Assembly: GCA_965370685.1 (NCBI GenBank)
Contig: CBDUVN010000002.1
Location: forward strand, 15,065-79,064
DNA: 64,000 nt
Origin: an uncultured bacterium
GTDB lineage: Bacteria; Gemmatimonadota; Gemmatimonadetes; Palauibacterales; Palauibacteraceae
Direction of reading: 5' to 3'
In this document: positions 61,970 through 64,000 of the stretch, piece by piece
How positions within the stretch are numbered: the first letter of the stretch is position 1
How the letters are laid out: the number at the start of each line of letters is the position of its first letter
Translations under genes and position numbers: made by a program
Notes under the pieces: model-generated
The model's database searches: none
The model's input: the letters and a program-made list of their open reading frames with translations, nothing else
What the model was told of the DNA's origin: nothing

Positions 61970-64000
61970 CTGTCGAGAGATTCCGACCACCTGCGTGGGC
62001 ACTGTTCTCCGGCGTCTGCGTGCTGCTCTCATTGCTGTTCTATCGAGACTTCGTGTTTGGCCCGGGCACGATGCTGTTCGGCACGGACATGCTCGACCAG
62101 GCATACCAGCTCCGGAAGTTCGGGGTCGAAGAGATCAGGAGTGGGCGGGGGTTTCCGCTGTGGAATCCGTTCGTATATGGAGGACTCCCGTACCTGGCCG
62201 TGCTGCCGGGTCCGGTATTCTATCCGACCAGTCTTCTATACCTCCTGATGCCGCTCCACCGGGCGATCGGCTGGACGTTCGTCCTGCACACGGCTCTCGG
62301 CGGGATTTTCGCCTACGCCGCTGCACGGTCATTGCGGCTCGGGCCATGGGCCAGCGCTGTCGCCGGGCTCGCGTTCATGTTCACGGGGATGGTCGTGTCC
62401 ACCCTGTACGGCGGACACGACGGCAGAATGTTCGTCATGGTGCTCGTTCCCCTGGCGTTTGCACTCCTCGAGCGGGGACTGCAGTCCGGACGACCGGGCT
62501 GGTTCGTCGGGATGGGCCTGGTCGTGGCGCTGCAGATATTCACTCCGCACGTGCAGCTGATGTACTATTCGTCTCTCTGTCTGTCGCTCTACGCCCTGGC
62601 CCGGATCGTAGCGCTCTGGCGGGGTGGAGAGACGGGAGGGTCCGGTGCGGCACGGCTGCTCGGCTGGTTCTCTTTCGGATTCGTGATCGCGGCACTGATC
62701 GGGGCTGCGCAACTGGTCCCCACCTGGCGCATCCTGGAAATCGCCGTGCGGGGTGGGACCGGTGAGTCGGGCTACTCATTCGCCGCTTCATGGGCACTTC
62801 CTCCGCAGGAGATCACCTCGCTGTTCCTGCCCGACCTGATCGGCTCGCTCGGCACATACTGGGGATCGAATCCGTTCAAGCTGCACACCGAGTACCTGGG
62901 GGCCGTACCGATAGTTCTCGCGCTTCTCGGCCTCACCGGAATCCGGTCTGACTCGCGCGTCAGGATTCTCGGTGGAATTGCGTTCCTCTGCCTCCTGTTC
63001 GCGCTGGGCGCGGCGACTCCGGTGCACCGGCTGCTGTACGCGGTGATTCCGTTTGTGTCCCGATTCCGGGCGCCTTCGATGATGCTCGGGCCGGGAGCCC
63101 TGTTCGTGGCACTGCTCGCCGGGATTGGCTGGCAGCGGGTGCTCGACGCCTGTCGTGATTCGGAACAGACCCTCACATGGACGGTCGCCGCAGCCCTGGT
63201 CGGCCCGCTTCTGCTGATCGGTCTCGCCGCGGCGGCGAGTCCCGGCGGGCTGGCCCGCTGGGCGCATACGGCCCTATACCCGGCGGGCTGGGAGCGCTTT
63301 CCGGGTCCGGAGGCGCTGGACGCCCTCCGGGTCAACGGTGTGGCGGTAGTGCTGGGCTGCGCGGTGGTCCTGGGCGGAATCTGGGGAGTATCGAGGCGCG
63401 GCTGGTCGTCGGCTTCGGTGGGCCTCGTGGTGCTCGCCGTGCTCGTCGCCGATCTGTGGCGTGTCGATGCACGTTACCTCGAGATCACCACACCGGCCGA
63501 AGCGTTTCCTGATATCGAGTCCGTGAACCTGATGCAGAGCAAGCTGGAACCGGGTGAGCGTGTGTTCCCGGTCCCGGGACGTGGCGGATTCGGGCCGAAC
63601 GAGCTGATGGGGTACCGGGTACCGTCGGTTACCGGCAGCCAGAATTTCCGACTCGAGTGGTTCGAGCGACTCAGTGGGGGGTTGTCCTACAGGAACTTCG
63701 GAGTTCCGGGTGTGTGGCCGTTGCTGGATCTCCGTTTCCTCACCACCGATACTCCGGTAGAGACGCCCCTTCTGACCCGGGTGGGGCAGGGACCGCGGGG
63801 CATCGTGTACGAGGTGGCCGCCGATTGGCCTCACGCCTGGTTCCCGGCGGCGGTCGAGGCGACGCAGGACACTGCCGTCGCTCTCACCAGAGTCCTCGCT
63901 ATGACCGATCCCGGTGCACTGGCGATCGTAGAAGCGGAGGTCGCGCCCGGGGCGGGCTCCGGTACGGCCAGTGTGTCGAAATTCGAGCCCGACGAGGTAG
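61966..64000 (+). CDS. large polytopic membrane protein, YfhO/GT-C-like (partial, continues beyond window end)
   Basis: Manually translated frame has no stop to position 64000 (over 670 aa). At least 10 hydrophobic segments. N-terminal FGPGTMLFGTDMLDQAYQ motif reminiscent of the YfhO family. GTGA overlap with the methyltransferase stop. Confidence 0.5.
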   Translation, partial: MTVERFRPPAWALFSGVCVLLSLLFYRDFVFGPGTMLFGTDMLDQAYQLRKFGVEEIRSGRGFPLWNPFVYGGLPYLAVLPGPVFYPTSLLYLLMPLHRAIGWTFVLHTALGGIFAYAAARSLRLGPWASAVAGLAFMFTGMVVSTLYGGHDGRMFVMVLVPLAFALLERGLQSGRPGWFVGMGLVVALQIFTPHVQLMYYSSLCLSLYALARIVALWRGGETGGSGAARLLGWFSFGFVIAALIGAAQLVPTWRILEIAVRGGTGESGYSFAASWALPPQEITSLFLPDLIGSLGTYWGSNPFKLHTEYLGAVPIVLALLGLTGIRSDSRVRILGGIAFLCLLFALGAATPVHRLLYAVIPFVSRFRAPSMMLGPGALFVALLAGIGWQRVLDACRDSEQTLTWTVAAALVGPLLLIGLAAAASPGGLARWAHTALYPAGWERFPGPEALDALRVNGVAVVLGCAVVLGGIWGVSRRGWSSASVGLVVLAVLVADLWRVDARYLEITTPAEAFPDIESVNLMQSKLEPGERVFPVPGRGGFGPNELMGYRVPSVTGSQNFRLEWFERLSGGLSYRNFGVPGVWPLLDLRFLTTDTPVETPLLTRVGQGPRGIVYEVAADWPHAWFPAAVEATQDTAVALTRVLAMTDPGALAIVEAEVAPGAGSGTASVSKFEPDEV

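Noticed and set aside
61938-62765. 275-aa + strand ORF listed in the track.
   Set aside because: It is out of frame relative to the much longer uninterrupted ORF starting at 61966 that encodes a coherent polytopic membrane protein. Its translation is Arg-rich low complexity.

Overview
This 64 kb window is a very GC-rich (about 68%), gene-dense chromosomal segment from a diderm (Lpt-containing) bacterium, possibly Gemmatimonadota-like. The phylum call is inference from composition and gene content only. I could not run BLAST, HMM or structure searches, so every family assignment rests on motif-level reading of the six-frame ORF track.

About 69 protein-coding genes are supported. Almost all are housekeeping and 64 of 69 lie on the + strand. 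Many adjacent pairs share ATGA/GTGA start-stop overlaps, which suggests translational coupling.

Gene order:
- coaBC, family-4 UDG, dnaB, radA, ispD, tsaC-like, LMW-PTP, aroE, comF-like
- gap-pgk-tpiA then secG
- rnhA (minus), carA, sppA, an IHF/HU protein, an aminotransferase (minus)
- a small hypothetical ORF, then moaD-moaE-moaA and a second small ORF
- mdh, an NfeD-like membrane protein, an HD-GYP protein (minus), a DUF423 protein, dcd (minus), an alpha/beta hydrolase (minus)
- a complete 13-gene nuoA-N operon with fused nuoCD and a short nuoG
- pmm/pgm, an orphan carbamate kinase, sucCD, ndk, yceD-rpmF, fabD-fabG-acpP-fabF
- purE, ispF, dedA, xerC/D-type recombinase, a nitroreductase, a large secreted hypothetical protein
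- kdsB-pyrG-lptC-lptA(long)-lptB-rpoN
- a cluster that begins at the rpoN stop: GT2 with C-terminal TM helices, GT4, SAM methyltransferase, and a large YfhO/GT-C-like membrane protein that runs off the window end

No rRNA, tRNA, CRISPR array or obvious mobile element was seen. Long Arg/Pro-rich antisense ORFs are interpreted as GC artefacts.

Most notable observations:
- the rpoN-coupled three-component glycosylation cluster
- an RNase HI homolog whose catalytic Glu appears replaced by Ala
- a 490-aa secreted protein of unknown family
- an oversized LptA-like protein
- radA lacking a canonical start codon
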